This document shows, piece by piece, positions 35,876-46,598 of a DNA stretch of 63,500 nucleotides (position 1 is the first letter of the stretch; each line of letters begins with the position of its first letter). Under the pieces are notes generated by a model. That model made no database searches. It saw only the letters and a program-made list of their open reading frames with translations, and was not told the origin of the DNA. A program made the position numbers and the translations under genes. The DNA is from Prasinococcaceae sp. CCMP 1430 (lineage: Eukaryota > Plantae > Prasinodermophyta), in NCBI GenBank assembly GCA_013416795.1, contig RQSC01000757.1, positions 75,274 through 138,773 of the forward strand, in the 5' to 3' direction.

Positions 35876-37448
35876 TCATTGGGGTCGTGTTTTCTTCGCG
35901 CGCTCCGCGTCGCCCTCTGGGGGAACGCCCACGATGTTGCCGTCGTCATCGACCAGCCCCCGTTCCACGGCGTTACGTGCGATGCGCCCGGCCAAGCGTG
36001 CCCCCGCTTTCAGCTTGGCAATGCGCATGCGCGTCTGCAGCTTCCTGGCGAGCTTGACTACCACCGGATTTGTGGAGAGTTCGAGGTACTTGAGCGCGTG
36101 CTGGCCTCCTTCCTTGAGGAGTTGCTTCTGGTTTTCCTCCGAGATGGCCAGGTTGGAGAGGGCCTGATATTCGGCAACGATGCGCGCGCGGGATCGCGCA
36201 CTGCGTCAGCGAGGTGGCTGCAGCGCACGTTGTACGGGCGCGCGCGCGCGCGCGGTCTCGAGAGGCGCGCGCGCGGACCTTGATGGCGTCGTTCTCTTGG
36301 CCCCGATCGCCCGAACGTGCCATGTTGAGTAGCGGCGTGATGACGCCGGCCATGCACAAACGCCGTCCATTTTCCTCGTGCAGGGTAAGCTCGGCAACGG
36401 CCAGTGCCGCCGCTCGGCGCACGTCCTGCTGGCTGTTGGACATCATGTCAACCACGACCTCCAGTGCGCCGACCTTAGCCGCAACGTCGCGGATCTGGTA
36501 GGTCGCACAAAGTTTGGACAGGCCCTTGGATGCGATGCACTGATACTCGAGCATATCGGCGCGCGTCTTTTCGCCGGCGCTCACGCGCGCCATCTCGCAG
36601 AAGATCTGCAGGGCCTTGAGCTTCACAAGCTTTATCCGGATCGCCTTGTTGTCCGCGCAGTTCGCGATCGCCAGCGCCGCCGGCATCTTGCGACTGGCGA
36701 TGTTGTCTGTGGCGGCCTTGAAGAGGATTGGCAGCTTGTTCATGCTGGCGGCCTTGTCGCTGAAGGTGTTGTTCGTGCACAGGCGCGCGATGGTGAAGAG
36801 CGCGTACTTCTCGACGTTGATGTCGTCCGAGTTTGCAGCCATGTCGAAAATCACCTTGACAACGTTGTCGATGTCTGTCTCGATGAGCTTCGCAGTGTTT
36901 TCCGCGCTGAGCGTGAGATTGCTCAGCGCCTGCAGGGACCAGCGCAGCAGTGCATTGTCTTTCGTCTTGGTCTTGTCCTTCGCCATGGCTATGCAAAGCC
37001 CCATCATGCCCGCCTGGGCCATCATTACCTGATTGTCGTCGTGTGCCGCCATCTGCGCGATCGTCGCCATGGCGGAGCGCGCCACGGTCTTGTCCTTTCC
37101 CTTGACGAGCCCCTGCAACTGGCGGCAGAAAGCATCGGTGCACACGAGCTTCGACCCCCCGTCGTCGAGCGAGATGGCGCCGAGCGCTTCGAGCGCACCG
37201 CGGCACACGGCGGCGTCGCTCGAGCCGCACCAGCTCTGCAGCGTAGGCACCGCGCCTTCGCGCACGAGCTCCTGGCACGCGCCATCGTCCGCGCGCGCCA
37301 GGTACGCCACCGCGCGCGTGCTCTTCCTCTGCAACTCGGGCTTGTTCGCCCCCTTCAGCTGGTCAAGCACCTCAGGCAGGTCGTCCTTGGACGGAGGCGC
37401 GTTGGTCACCGTGCGCACAATCTTCTCAACGCTCGAGGCGCACCCCAT
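35876..37448 (-). CDS. Armadillo-repeat protein with an MGC N-terminus (Vac8-like), join(36279..37448,35876..36163)
   Basis: ARM repeats (ALSNLTLSAEN, ALAVAELTLHEEN, ALSNLAISEEN after splicing), an in-frame 115-nt intron and the N-terminus MGCASS. Confidence 0.8.
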
Positions 37449-38038
37449 GCCCTCCGCCGGGCGGCCAGGCCTGGCGGTCGCCCCGCGAGAGGCGCGCGGC
37501 GCGCCCCGGGCGGGAGCGGGTGGGTACGCGGGGTGGGCTCCGTCGGCTCCCCGCGGCCGCGCACCGGCCGCGCCGGCCGCCCGCCAGCCATCGGCAGGCG
37601 AACGGGGAACTCTCTCCGTCCCTCTTCTTTCGTGTTGCTTCTCCCATCAGACGGGTACTGTACAGCAGAGTCCCGGCCCTGCACCGCGTGCGAACGCGCG
37701 CGCGCGCGCACGCAACGCAGGATCCCCACCAATCCGCGCGCGCCAACCACAGCCTGTGATACGAACTCTGTGTGTGGAATCATCTCGGGGTTCGAAACGC
37801 GGTGCCACAGACACACGAGAAAGAAGTGCGCGCGGGTTTTGGGTTTGGCTTTGGGTTTGGCCGGGGTCGCGCCGCGTCGCGTCGCGTCTGGGGCGGCGGC
37901 GCGAGGCCGGGGCGCGCATGGCACGCGAGCTCGCGCGATCGCGCGGTTTCNNNNNNNNNNNNNNNGCCCGCTGGGCGCTCCTCTGGCCGCGGCCGCGGCG
38001 CGGCGGCGTAGGGCACGCGCGCGCGCGCGGGGCTAATA

Positions 38039-39217
38039 ATGTCGGACCAGGCGAGGCTGCTGCTCGCCAAGCAGCTCAAGGGTGCGTGGCGCGCATGGCG
38101 AGCGCGCCGCGCGCGTACGGTGCCGGCGGCCACTGGATTGCGCAAACCGGTGGCAGCGGCGGCAGATGCGGCGGCGGCGGCGGAGGCGGCGTTTTTTTTG
38201 GCACGTGGTGTTCGGGCCGCTCGTCGTCCGTGTCGGGCGCCATCACCTTGCGCGTTCCGTGACTCCGATGCCAATGCCGCCAGCGCCGCCACACATACTA
38301 CCGCTCGTCCTGTAGCCAACGCGCGGTCCTGGGTCTCCCGAGTGTGCGCGGCGAGTGCGCTGACCCTGCAAGCTCGCCCGGGATGTGAATCCTCTCCACC
38401 CGGCTGCGGACACCGCGCGCCTCGCGCTCATGCGCCCAGACTTGAGCAAGAACCCTGTGGATGGGTTCTCTGCGGGGTTGGTGGACGACGCCAACATCTT
38501 CGAGTGGCAGGTGACCATCATGGGACCGCCCGATACACTCTTGTGCGTGCTACGCGCTCCTTGCGCTGCTCGTGCGCATCCTGTAGGCGTGCGCGATTTG
38601 CGATGCGGGTCCTTTGACCCGCCTCGCACGCGGCTTCCATTGCATCCCTCAGCACCTCGCGCTCGCCACGGCCGGCATTGCCCCGTCGTGCGCTGCTAGC
38701 GTGCAGGTGGGATTGCACTGGCACGGACCAACCCACCTACCCACCCACCCACCCACACTTTCCCTTATTTCTTTCCCCTTCCTTGGACGCACTGCTGACG
38801 TGCGCGCGCGCTACATTGTACCGTGCTCGTGACCCGACCCTCGCGTCCTTACGTGCCAACAGCGAGGGCGGCTTCTTCAACGCAATCATGAGCTTCCCGC
38901 CTGACTATCCGCAAAACCCGCCGGGCGTGCGTTTCACGTCGGAGATGTGGCATCCGAATGTCTACCCGGATGGCCGCGTCTGCATCTCCATCCTGCATCC
39001 GCCGGGTGACGACCCCAATGGGTACGAGCTGGCGAGTGAGCGGTGGTCCCCGGTGCATACGGTCGAGACGATCCTCCTCTCGATCATCTCCATGCTCAGC
39101 TCGCCCAACGACGAGTCGGCGGCAAACATTGACGCGGCAAAGGAATGGCGCGACGACCGCGCCGAATTCAAGAAGAAGGTTGGCCGGGTCGTGCGCAAGT
39201 CCCAGGAGATGTTGTGA
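38039..39217 (+). CDS. UBC7: Ubiquitin-conjugating enzyme E2, UBC7/UBE2G type, join(38039..38081,38440..38542,38863..39217)
   Basis: Spliced product [31 protein letters not shown]...GPPDTLFEGGFF...[33 protein letters not shown], which includes the acidic loop insertion after the catalytic Cys. Confidence 0.93.
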
Positions 39218-39301
39218 CTTCACACGAGCGAAGGCAGCATGTGCAGGCGAACACGACGCGCGCGCGCCAGCAAACGCGTGCAGCACACGCGTGATTGTGA
39301 C

Positions 39302-39326
39302 TGTAAGGCACACCGCTGCCTTTACA
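39302..39326. terminator. Pair of opposed TGTAA putative polyadenylation signals between the convergent UBC7 and TRM6 genes
   Basis: TGTAA on + at 39302-39306 and on - at 39322-39326. TGTAA also follows stops at 12418, 28519, 31696 and 59579. Confidence 0.55.
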
Positions 39327-39374
39327 CGACGCGAACGCGCGATCGGTCGCCGACAGCACGCGCGCGCGACACGA

Positions 39375-41205
39375 CTATTGCCGTTGGCGCTTGCTGGGGT
39401 CCTTGGGCTCGGTTCCCAGACCGCCAACACCTGCCTGCGTCGCGTAGCCCGACAGCACAAAGCCGCCGACTTGTTGGGTGCTCATGATCGGATGCGTGCG
39501 CTTCGGCAGCACCTGGTGCTCTCGGACCCATGCCTCGGAAAGCTGCAGGCCGATGGCCGACCTGCTGCTAGTCAGGAAGTGCATGGCTTCGGCGAGCGGC
39601 TGCGAATACTGGCTGTACACCACGATGGCCGCCGACGGCGCGCAGAGCGGCAGAACCCGCCGCAGAAGAGCTGTCGGGTCGAGCGTCTGCGCGGCAACTA
39701 TCACAGAGGTGAATCCTCGCTCGCGCATCGCGGCGGCTTCTGCTGCGGTCGCGCGACGCTGCAGGAGGCTATTCACCTTGGGCTTGCTCGCCTTGTCCTG
39801 CGCGCTGGTGTCTTGCACTCCGTCCGCCCTCCCCTTGGCCTTGCCCTTCCCCTCGCTCTCGCCAGCAGCTGCTGCAGCTGCGGGCTGGTCGCCCGCCTCA
39901 CCGCCATCGATGCCGTCTCCCTCCTGCCTGGCGGCATCGCTACCGCCCTCGGCCCCGTCGGCTCCACCCTCGTCGCCCCCCGCGGGGCGCTTCCTAGGCA
40001 GGCGCGGCCGATAGTCCTTCGGCTCCTCGGTGCCCTCAAGGACTTGCAGAGTGGCCTTGTAAAACACACTGGCCTCCTCGTCCGAGAAGTTGAACATGCG
40101 GGTAGCGTCGGTGGAAGGGTCCACGCCGCCCGCCGAGGACGCGCACACGACGCCGTGGCCACCGAGACGTTCCATGGCCGCGGCGGCGAGAAGGCCGCGC
40201 ACGTGGTCCACGCACAGCACGCGCGCGCCAGCGGCCACGTTGGCGAGGCTCATGATGTGCGCGACGCTCTCGAAGCGCAGGCCCTGCACTTTCAGCGGCG
40301 ATTTGGAGTAGTACGCATCAGCGACGTTCTTGGCGGTCGGACGGAGCACCAGCACGTCGATGTCGCGGTACTTCTGCCTCTTCTTCTTGATGTACTTTGC
40401 CTGCGCGAACGCGCTCTTCTGCGCGAATGTGGCCGAGTTGGCCACGATGGTGCTCACCATGTCTTCGGCCGAGGCGCCATCCTTGAGCATCTTGTGGATG
40501 TCCTCGCGGGCAAGCGCCTGCGCGGTGTTGGTATCGATGAAACCCGCGTTGCCACCGCCGACGACCTCGGCGGCCGTGGAGGCCTCGTCCGCGAAGCCGG
40601 ACTTCTCCCACGCGGCAGCCCTGGCCGCCTCAGCGGACACCCGCTGCAGCCCCTTAGCCTCTTGGCCCATTACAAGCGTGAGGCGTCCGCCGTACGGCAC
40701 GCCGACGAGCGGCGCGGCATCGACGCGTCGGTTGCCAACGCGCACCTGCTGCCCGGGACGCGCCCAAGCAAAGCTGAGCTTCTCTCCCTCGTTCATCTGC
40801 CGCGCGACACGGACGGAAGGACAGCGCGCGCCGTGCAGTGTGGTATGGAAGAGGCGTTCGGGGTTAGCGATGAGGAGCGACGCGCGTGTCAGGGCGTGCC
40901 ACGCACGCGCGCATGGCAGCGGCTGGCGGCAGCGCGCCGCGCTCGGCGGCCGGTACCTTGAGCACAACGCAGTCGCCGAGCTTCACCACCGGCGCGCCCA
41001 TGCTGCGGCGCTCCGACGGTGGCGGCATTGCGCCACCGATGTCGCCGGCCGACGCGCCACCATCCTCTACGTCGAAGGCCTTTCCCGCCGCCGCTTCACC
41101 GCCGCCTTCAGCTCCCGCGGCCGCCCGCGCCGGCGCCGGCGCAGCGTCGGCGTCCATCGCCTGCGCCTCCGCGCCCGCATCCACCGCCGCCGCCGGCTCG
41201 GCCAT
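39375..41205 (-). CDS. TRM6: tRNA (adenine58-N1)-methyltransferase non-catalytic subunit TRM6/Gcd10, join(40957..41205,39375..40796)
   Basis: LAREDIHKMLKDG...IVANSATFAQKSAFAQAKYIKKKRQKY, LRFESVAHIMSLANV, GLLAAAAMERLGG, REHQVLPKRTHPIM...GGFVLSG. In-frame 160-nt intron. Confidence 0.92.
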
Positions 41206-42163
41206 CGTTCGGCCTCCGACCGCCCCTGCCGTCCGTCCCCCACGCCCCCTCGCTTTGACACGCGCCCAGCGGCCACTCAACTCCCTCTCCCCCCACCTCC
41301 GTCGCACCCTGCCCGGGCTGTGGGCGCCCGGGCTGCGGGCGCGGCACCGCCTCGCCTCGCCGGCCGCCTCGACGCTGCCAGCGCCCAGCCGCCGGCCGCC
41401 GCTGTGCACATACCATCAGATGGTACGTGCCCTCAGATGGTGTGTAGTACTGTACTACTACAGACAGAGGTGATTTTTAATTGCTGTCGTACGCCTCGCC
41501 AGGCGGATTTACGCCCGGATAAAATTCGTTCCAGCGCGCGCCGCTTGGCCAGGGGGGGCCAGTTTTGAGCGCGCTACTCATTGAGACTTTCCGCACCCCC
41601 GCCGGTGCAGCGAACAGACAGAGGAAGGCAAGGGCGGAGGTGCTGCGTGGCGACGCCGCGCGCGGCGTCCCGGCGGCCGCCGTGGGCAAGGTGGGGATTT
41701 CGGCGGGCGTTTTTCCCCGGTTCCGGGCGGCTCGGGCAGCCGGCTCCGGTCGCCCCGGGGGGCGCGCGTTTCGCGGGGTTCGGGGCGATTTCGACCGGGA
41801 AAACGAAGCGGGGGTTTGGTGCGGCTGCCACAGCGCGCGCAGCCGGCGCGCCGGCGAGGCCGCGGGGCTCAGCCCCCCTAACCCCCCCTCCCTCTTCGCT
41901 CCTCCCTCCTCCCTGCCCTCCTTCCCCTCCACCCCCTTCTTCCACCCCTTTCCCTGCCTCCCGCACTCCCTCCTCTGTGGGGCGTGGCTGTCTGGGCTGG
42001 GGTGTGGGTGATGGGGGGCTGCCAGCCCGCCGCGGCGGGTATTTTCGCACAAATTCATCCAAAAATCCACTGAGCAAAATCCGACGCGCCCTACGGCGGG
42101 CTGGCGGCGAGGCGGCGCGGTGGGCAGGCTGGGGGGCGCGGGGTTGAGGATGAGCGGGGCGGG

Positions 42164-43118
42164 GTGGTGGCACGGGCGGCGGCGCGCACGGACGGCGCGG
42201 ACGACGACGCGACGAGCGGCCAGAAATCCGCTGGCGGCGGCATCGAGATAAGCCCGAAGCTGCTCACCGTGCTCGTGCCAGCGCTGGGGCTGGGACTGCT
42301 GCTTGCGGCCGCGCTTGGGTTCAAGGAGCAGCTGGTCGAGCTCTTCGGCCTATTTACAGCGCAACTCAAGCTCATGGGGCCGTGGGCGTGGCCTGCGTAC
42401 ACGCTGGCCTACTTTGCGCTCGAGGTGTGCCTCGTGCCGGCCATCCCGCTCACGATGAGCGCTGGCCTGGTGCTCGGCGTGGGCCCGGGCGTCGCGGCGG
42501 TGGCCGTGGGAAACGTGATGGCGGCGACGACGGCCTTCCTCATCGCGCGGACCTTCCTGCGTGACAAGGTCCGCGCCCTCGCCGAGAAGTCGGCCAGGTT
42601 CGGTGCCATCGACCGTGCCGTCGGCCGCGAAGGCTTCAAGGTGGTCGCGCTGCTCCGTCTGTCACCGCTGCTGCCGCAGGCCAACTGCAACGTACGTCGC
42701 CAGCGCTTGCGCTGGGGCAACACCTGCGCGCTCGCGCAGCGCTGCGGCGCCCGCAGCGCCTTGGGCGGCGCAGCGGCACGCCCGCCGCCCGCGCCACCCC
42801 CGTCGTTGTCGCGCTCGCTGACCCGCCGCCGAACCACAGTACCTGTACGGCGTCACCTCCATCAAACTCAGAGATTACGCCGCCGCCACTTTCGTGGGCT
42901 GCCTGCCAACGTCTTTCTTATACGTCAACGCCGGGCACCTGGGCCGCACCCTCGTCGAGGGCGCGAGCGAGGGTGGCGCGCTCGGTGGCTCGACGTGGAT
43001 AATCGGTCTGGGCGTGCTCTTCACTGCCGTCGCCACGACTTACGTCGTGAGGCTAGCGGACGCCGCGCTCAAGGCGGAACTCGACGACCCCAAGGCCGGC
43101 ACCCCGAGCGCCGAGTGA
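42164..43118 (+). CDS. TVP38/TMEM64 (VTT, SNARE-associated) membrane protein; intron 42692-42839; 5' end unresolved
   Basis: VCLVPAIPLTMSAGLVLG...FLIART...AIDRAVGREGFKVVALLRLSPLLP..N|YLYGVTSIKLRDY...GCLP. Confidence 0.85.
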
Positions 43119-43804
43119 GCGCGGATCATGCACACGTTGATGACATGGCGCACGCACGAGCTGCTCATGCCGAACAATCTCTCATGCCGAACAATATCTG
43201 CCGGGCGACGTTTTAAACACTCTTGCGCATCGCAGATTGGCACACGGACTCGCCTCATCGCGTGCGGCGCTCGCGGTTCGCCAGTGCATGCGCAGTCATG
43301 GATATGGACGCTTTGTGCCGCGTGCATGAGTGGCCAGAAGAAGTCCCGTCTAAACCCCTACAAGTTACGTCCCAAGAAGCTCTTCTAGCTAGAGCGAGGG
43401 AAACACAAAAGAGAGCGGTGGACACAATGAAGGTCATTGTGACCAGCGCAGCAAGAGACGCGCCAGGCCGCGCGGCCACCATTCGCTCGATGGTCAGCGA
43501 TGTGTGTGTCGGTGGTATTGGCGCAGCAGGCCGTCGCTGTCTCTCGGAAGTGGCGCGAGCCTGACCTCCAGGCGTTGGCACGCAAGTGCTCCGCTGTTCC
43601 TGCTGTAGCTGATCGCCGGAGGCTCTCTCGGAGGTCGTCGTCGAGCGTGTCTCGCAGCGAGGCGCGCGATGTCGCAGCGCCACGCGCGCACCGGGTGGGT
43701 GTGCGCGCGCTCGCGCAGAGATCTCGCAGACGTGGGTCGCGCGTGTCGCAGCGCCACGTCGCCGTGTCGCGCCACGGCGTGGGTGGCCACCAACCGTACA
43801 CGCC

Positions 43805-46534
43805 TCAGGCGTCCATCGGCGGCTGCACGTAGATCGTCTTGGCGCGCCCGGGCGCGAAGCCGTTGAAGCGCGACGCCGCCACGAGCGTGTACGCCCCCAT
43901 GTTGGGAAACTCGAGCCACTCGCCGACCTCCATCTTGGGCAGCTGTGCCTCGCGTAGGATGGTATCCAGGCCATCGCAGGTGGGGCCGAACACCGTCGAG
44001 CTGAGCGCGGCGCGATCACGGGCGGCGCCCTGCGCGAAGTCCTCCGCGTAGAGCGGGCGTGCACTGAGCTCGGCGTGGTCGTACAGCAGGCAGTTCATGC
44101 TGCCATAGATGCCATCCGCGATCCAGTACTCCATGGCCATTTCGCCGCCCGCGTTGGGCCTGGCGCGGCGACCAAAGATCGGCGCCGACAGCGACGCGAT
44201 GCCCTCCGCGAAGTAGCGGCCGGGCTCAGCAATGATACGCACGCCCATGGAAGGGGGGAAGAGCTCGTCGAGGGCCGCGTCCAGGTTGGCGGCGATGGCG
44301 CCGAAGTGCTTGATCTCCTCGGGCGCCTGACCGCCGGGGAAGCCTCCGCCGACGTCGAGGGTGCGCAGGGGCGAAAGGCCAAGGTGCGCGGCCATGTCGA
44401 ACACGCGGCGCGCGAACTTGACCGCCACCACCGGCGACGTGGGGTCCGAGAGCCCGCTGCCAACGTGGAAGGCCACGCCCTCGACGTCGAGGTTGAGCTC
44501 CTTGGCGAGCTTGAGCAGCGGTTCGCACTCGCTCTCGTGGACGCCGTACTTCGAGCCCAGCTCGCAGCGCGCGCCTGGGTCGTCCGCGCGGATGCGCAGG
44601 AGCAACTTGGCCTCGGGCCACGTCTCCGCGAGCTTGTACAGCTCCGACGCCGAATCGAACGTGGTCATGGGCACGCCCGCGGCGCGCACCTGCGTCATGT
44701 GCTTCGTCGTCTTCATTGCGTTGGCGAAGACGATGCGCTCGGGCGCCACGCCGTGCGCGGTCACCATGGCCACCTCGGCGGGGCTGGCGCAGTCGAAACC
44801 GGCTCCCAGCGCGGCCATCGTTGCGAGCAAGCCCTGGTCGTTGTTGCACTTCACCGCGTAGTGCGGCTCGACGCGCGGGAGCAACGTGCGCCACATCTCC
44901 CAGCGCTCCTGCAGCACGCCGAGGTTGACCACGTAGAAGGGCTCGTCGATGCAGTTCTTGGCGATGGCAGCCTTTGCGGCAAGGGCGGACGACTCGTCCA
45001 GGGTCGCGCCCTCGGCGTACACGGCGTTGAAGCTGGCGCCCACGCGCCTGATGGTCGCAAGCGTGTTGGCGCGGGCGGCGGGACCGAAGGCGGGCGCGCT
45101 CTTGCGCGACGGCAGGCGGCTGATGGCACCGACCTCGCTCGGTGCGGCGTAGTCCTCGATGGACGAGTCGTCACTCTCGCTGGCCCACATCGAGGAATCC
45201 GCGGACGCCGGCTCCAGGCACCGGCTGGCGACGGCGCCGCACATGGAGGTGCACGTGGTGATCTGAGGCGTCACGCGCTCGAACTGATGCATGACCACCG
45301 CACCGCCGCCGGGGAGCGTCTGCACCACCGTGTCGGCGATGGCGTAGCCGGTCGGGGGGCGCAGGCCGCCGATCTCTGCGGCCAGCACCAGCGCGGCCGC
45401 CGGATTGGCAGCCACGGCAGGGTACGCAGGCGCGTCGAGGGTGATGGCGGCGGTGATGCGCTTCGGGCGGAACGCCTTCGCCGAGTTGATGGCCACGCAC
45501 TCAGGATCCAAGGCGTCCAGCTCGAAGCCCGCGACCTCGACGCTCGCATACGAGCACGACTCTTGAGGGGTGACGTGCACGGTGGAGAAGCTGCCGCCCT
45601 GCAGGCCGTTCATCGAGTAGCCGTACGGCTCGAACAGGTGCTCGTCCACGCGCTCGGCGGGGAAGATCTTGAGCAGACCGAGCGCCTCTGCGGCGGTCTC
45701 GTAGCCGCTGTTCTGCGGCGCGGCCGGGGCGCCGGCCGGACCGCCGCAGCAGGCCTTCACCTCGACCGGGTCGAGGCCGGTCATGCACACCTCGAGGGTG
45801 TAGCGGCCGCCTCCGACGGCGTGCTCGGCCGCGGCGGGTGCGCCGGGAAGTGCGGGGCGCGATGCGCAAAAGACGTGCCAGCGCAGCGCCTCCGGGTCGC
45901 TGCCCTGTTCGCCGAGCACGTACGCGCGGCTCTTCATGCCCATCTGCGAGGCGATTTCGCGCAGGCGGACCGTCTCCTCCTTCTCAAAGCAGCGGTGGCC
46001 GGGATGCTGGCGATCGCCGTTGAGGAAGCTCGCGCGCGAGTACTTCACGTAGGTGACTTCCATGCCCAGCTCGGCGACGCACCGGCGCACCAGCGGCATC
46101 GCGTTGATGAGCGGAGTCTGGCCGCACGTCTTGATCACCATGCGATCGGCGGCGACGAAGAGGCTGCTCTCCGAGAGCACGTACGCGTCGTAGACGGCGT
46201 TGGAACACGTCGAGAGGACGGTGCACCCCGCGGCCTCGAGGAAAGCGTCGATCTTGTCGCGCGGGATGCGGCGAAGGCCACCGGCGGCGCTGCGCTCGGA
46301 GCGCATCATCCTGCCTGCGGCGCCGGCTGTGCGCGCATCCGCGAAGTCGGCGTGGATCTCTAGGCGCTTCTCGCTTCCCTCGAAGAAGTCGTCCTCGGCG
46401 TCCGACGCCATGGCCGCGTCCGCGGCCGGCGCCAGGGCGGCAAGGGCTGCGGCGACGTCGTCGCCGCGCCTGTCGTGGTGCGAGACCGGCACGCTAAGGC
46501 CGGTCTCGTGCATCCCGATTCCCATGGGAGGCAT
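43805..46534 (-). CDS. SAMDC-ODC: Bifunctional S-adenosylmethionine decarboxylase - ornithine decarboxylase fusion (909 aa, uninterrupted ORF)
   Basis: N-half: FFEGSEKRLE, YVLSE/SSLF (pyruvoyl cleavage at 46169/46168), IKTCG, GYSMN, STVHVTP. C-half: EPFYVVNLG, HYAVKCN (PLP Lys at 44849-44851), FHVGSG, LDVGGGF, AEPGRYF, LYDHA, FGPTCDGLD, NMGAYT. Confidence 0.96.
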   Translation of the reverse strand: MPPMGIGMHETGLSVPVSHHDRRGDDVAAALAALAPAADAAMASDAEDDFFEGSEKRLEIHADFADARTAGAAGRMMRSERSAAGGLRRIPRDKIDAFLEAAGCTVLSTCSNAVYDAYVLSESSLFVAADRMVIKTCGQTPLINAMPLVRRCVAELGMEVTYVKYSRASFLNGDRQHPGHRCFEKEETVRLREIASQMGMKSRAYVLGEQGSDPEALRWHVFCASRPALPGAPAAAEHAVGGGRYTLEVCMTGLDPVEVKACCGGPAGAPAAPQNSGYETAAEALGLLKIFPAERVDEHLFEPYGYSMNGLQGGSFSTVHVTPQESCSYASVEVAGFELDALDPECVAINSAKAFRPKRITAAITLDAPAYPAVAANPAAALVLAAEIGGLRPPTGYAIADTVVQTLPGGGAVVMHQFERVTPQITTCTSMCGAVASRCLEPASADSSMWASESDDSSIEDYAAPSEVGAISRLPSRKSAPAFGPAARANTLATIRRVGASFNAVYAEGATLDESSALAAKAAIAKNCIDEPFYVVNLGVLQERWEMWRTLLPRVEPHYAVKCNNDQGLLATMAALGAGFDCASPAEVAMVTAHGVAPERIVFANAMKTTKHMTQVRAAGVPMTTFDSASELYKLAETWPEAKLLLRIRADDPGARCELGSKYGVHESECEPLLKLAKELNLDVEGVAFHVGSGLSDPTSPVVAVKFARRVFDMAAHLGLSPLRTLDVGGGFPGGQAPEEIKHFGAIAANLDAALDELFPPSMGVRIIAEPGRYFAEGIASLSAPIFGRRARPNAGGEMAMEYWIADGIYGSMNCLLYDHAELSARPLYAEDFAQGAARDRAALSSTVFGPTCDGLDTILREAQLPKMEVGEWLEFPNMGAYTLVAASRFNGFAPGRAKTIYVQPPMDA

Positions 46535-46598
46535 GATGTGTCTATGCGTGTACTATAGACGGTGTAGGCTGTTGTCCGCTTCTCTCACGTGGGGGCTG

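Noticed and set aside
10958-46363. Many long antisense or alternate-frame ORFs (e.g. 10958-12508, 22709-24655, 36378-38036, 38958-40961, 44075-46363)
   Set aside because: These are shadow ORFs expected from stop-codon scarcity at high GC. They are Arg/Ala-rich and carry no motifs.
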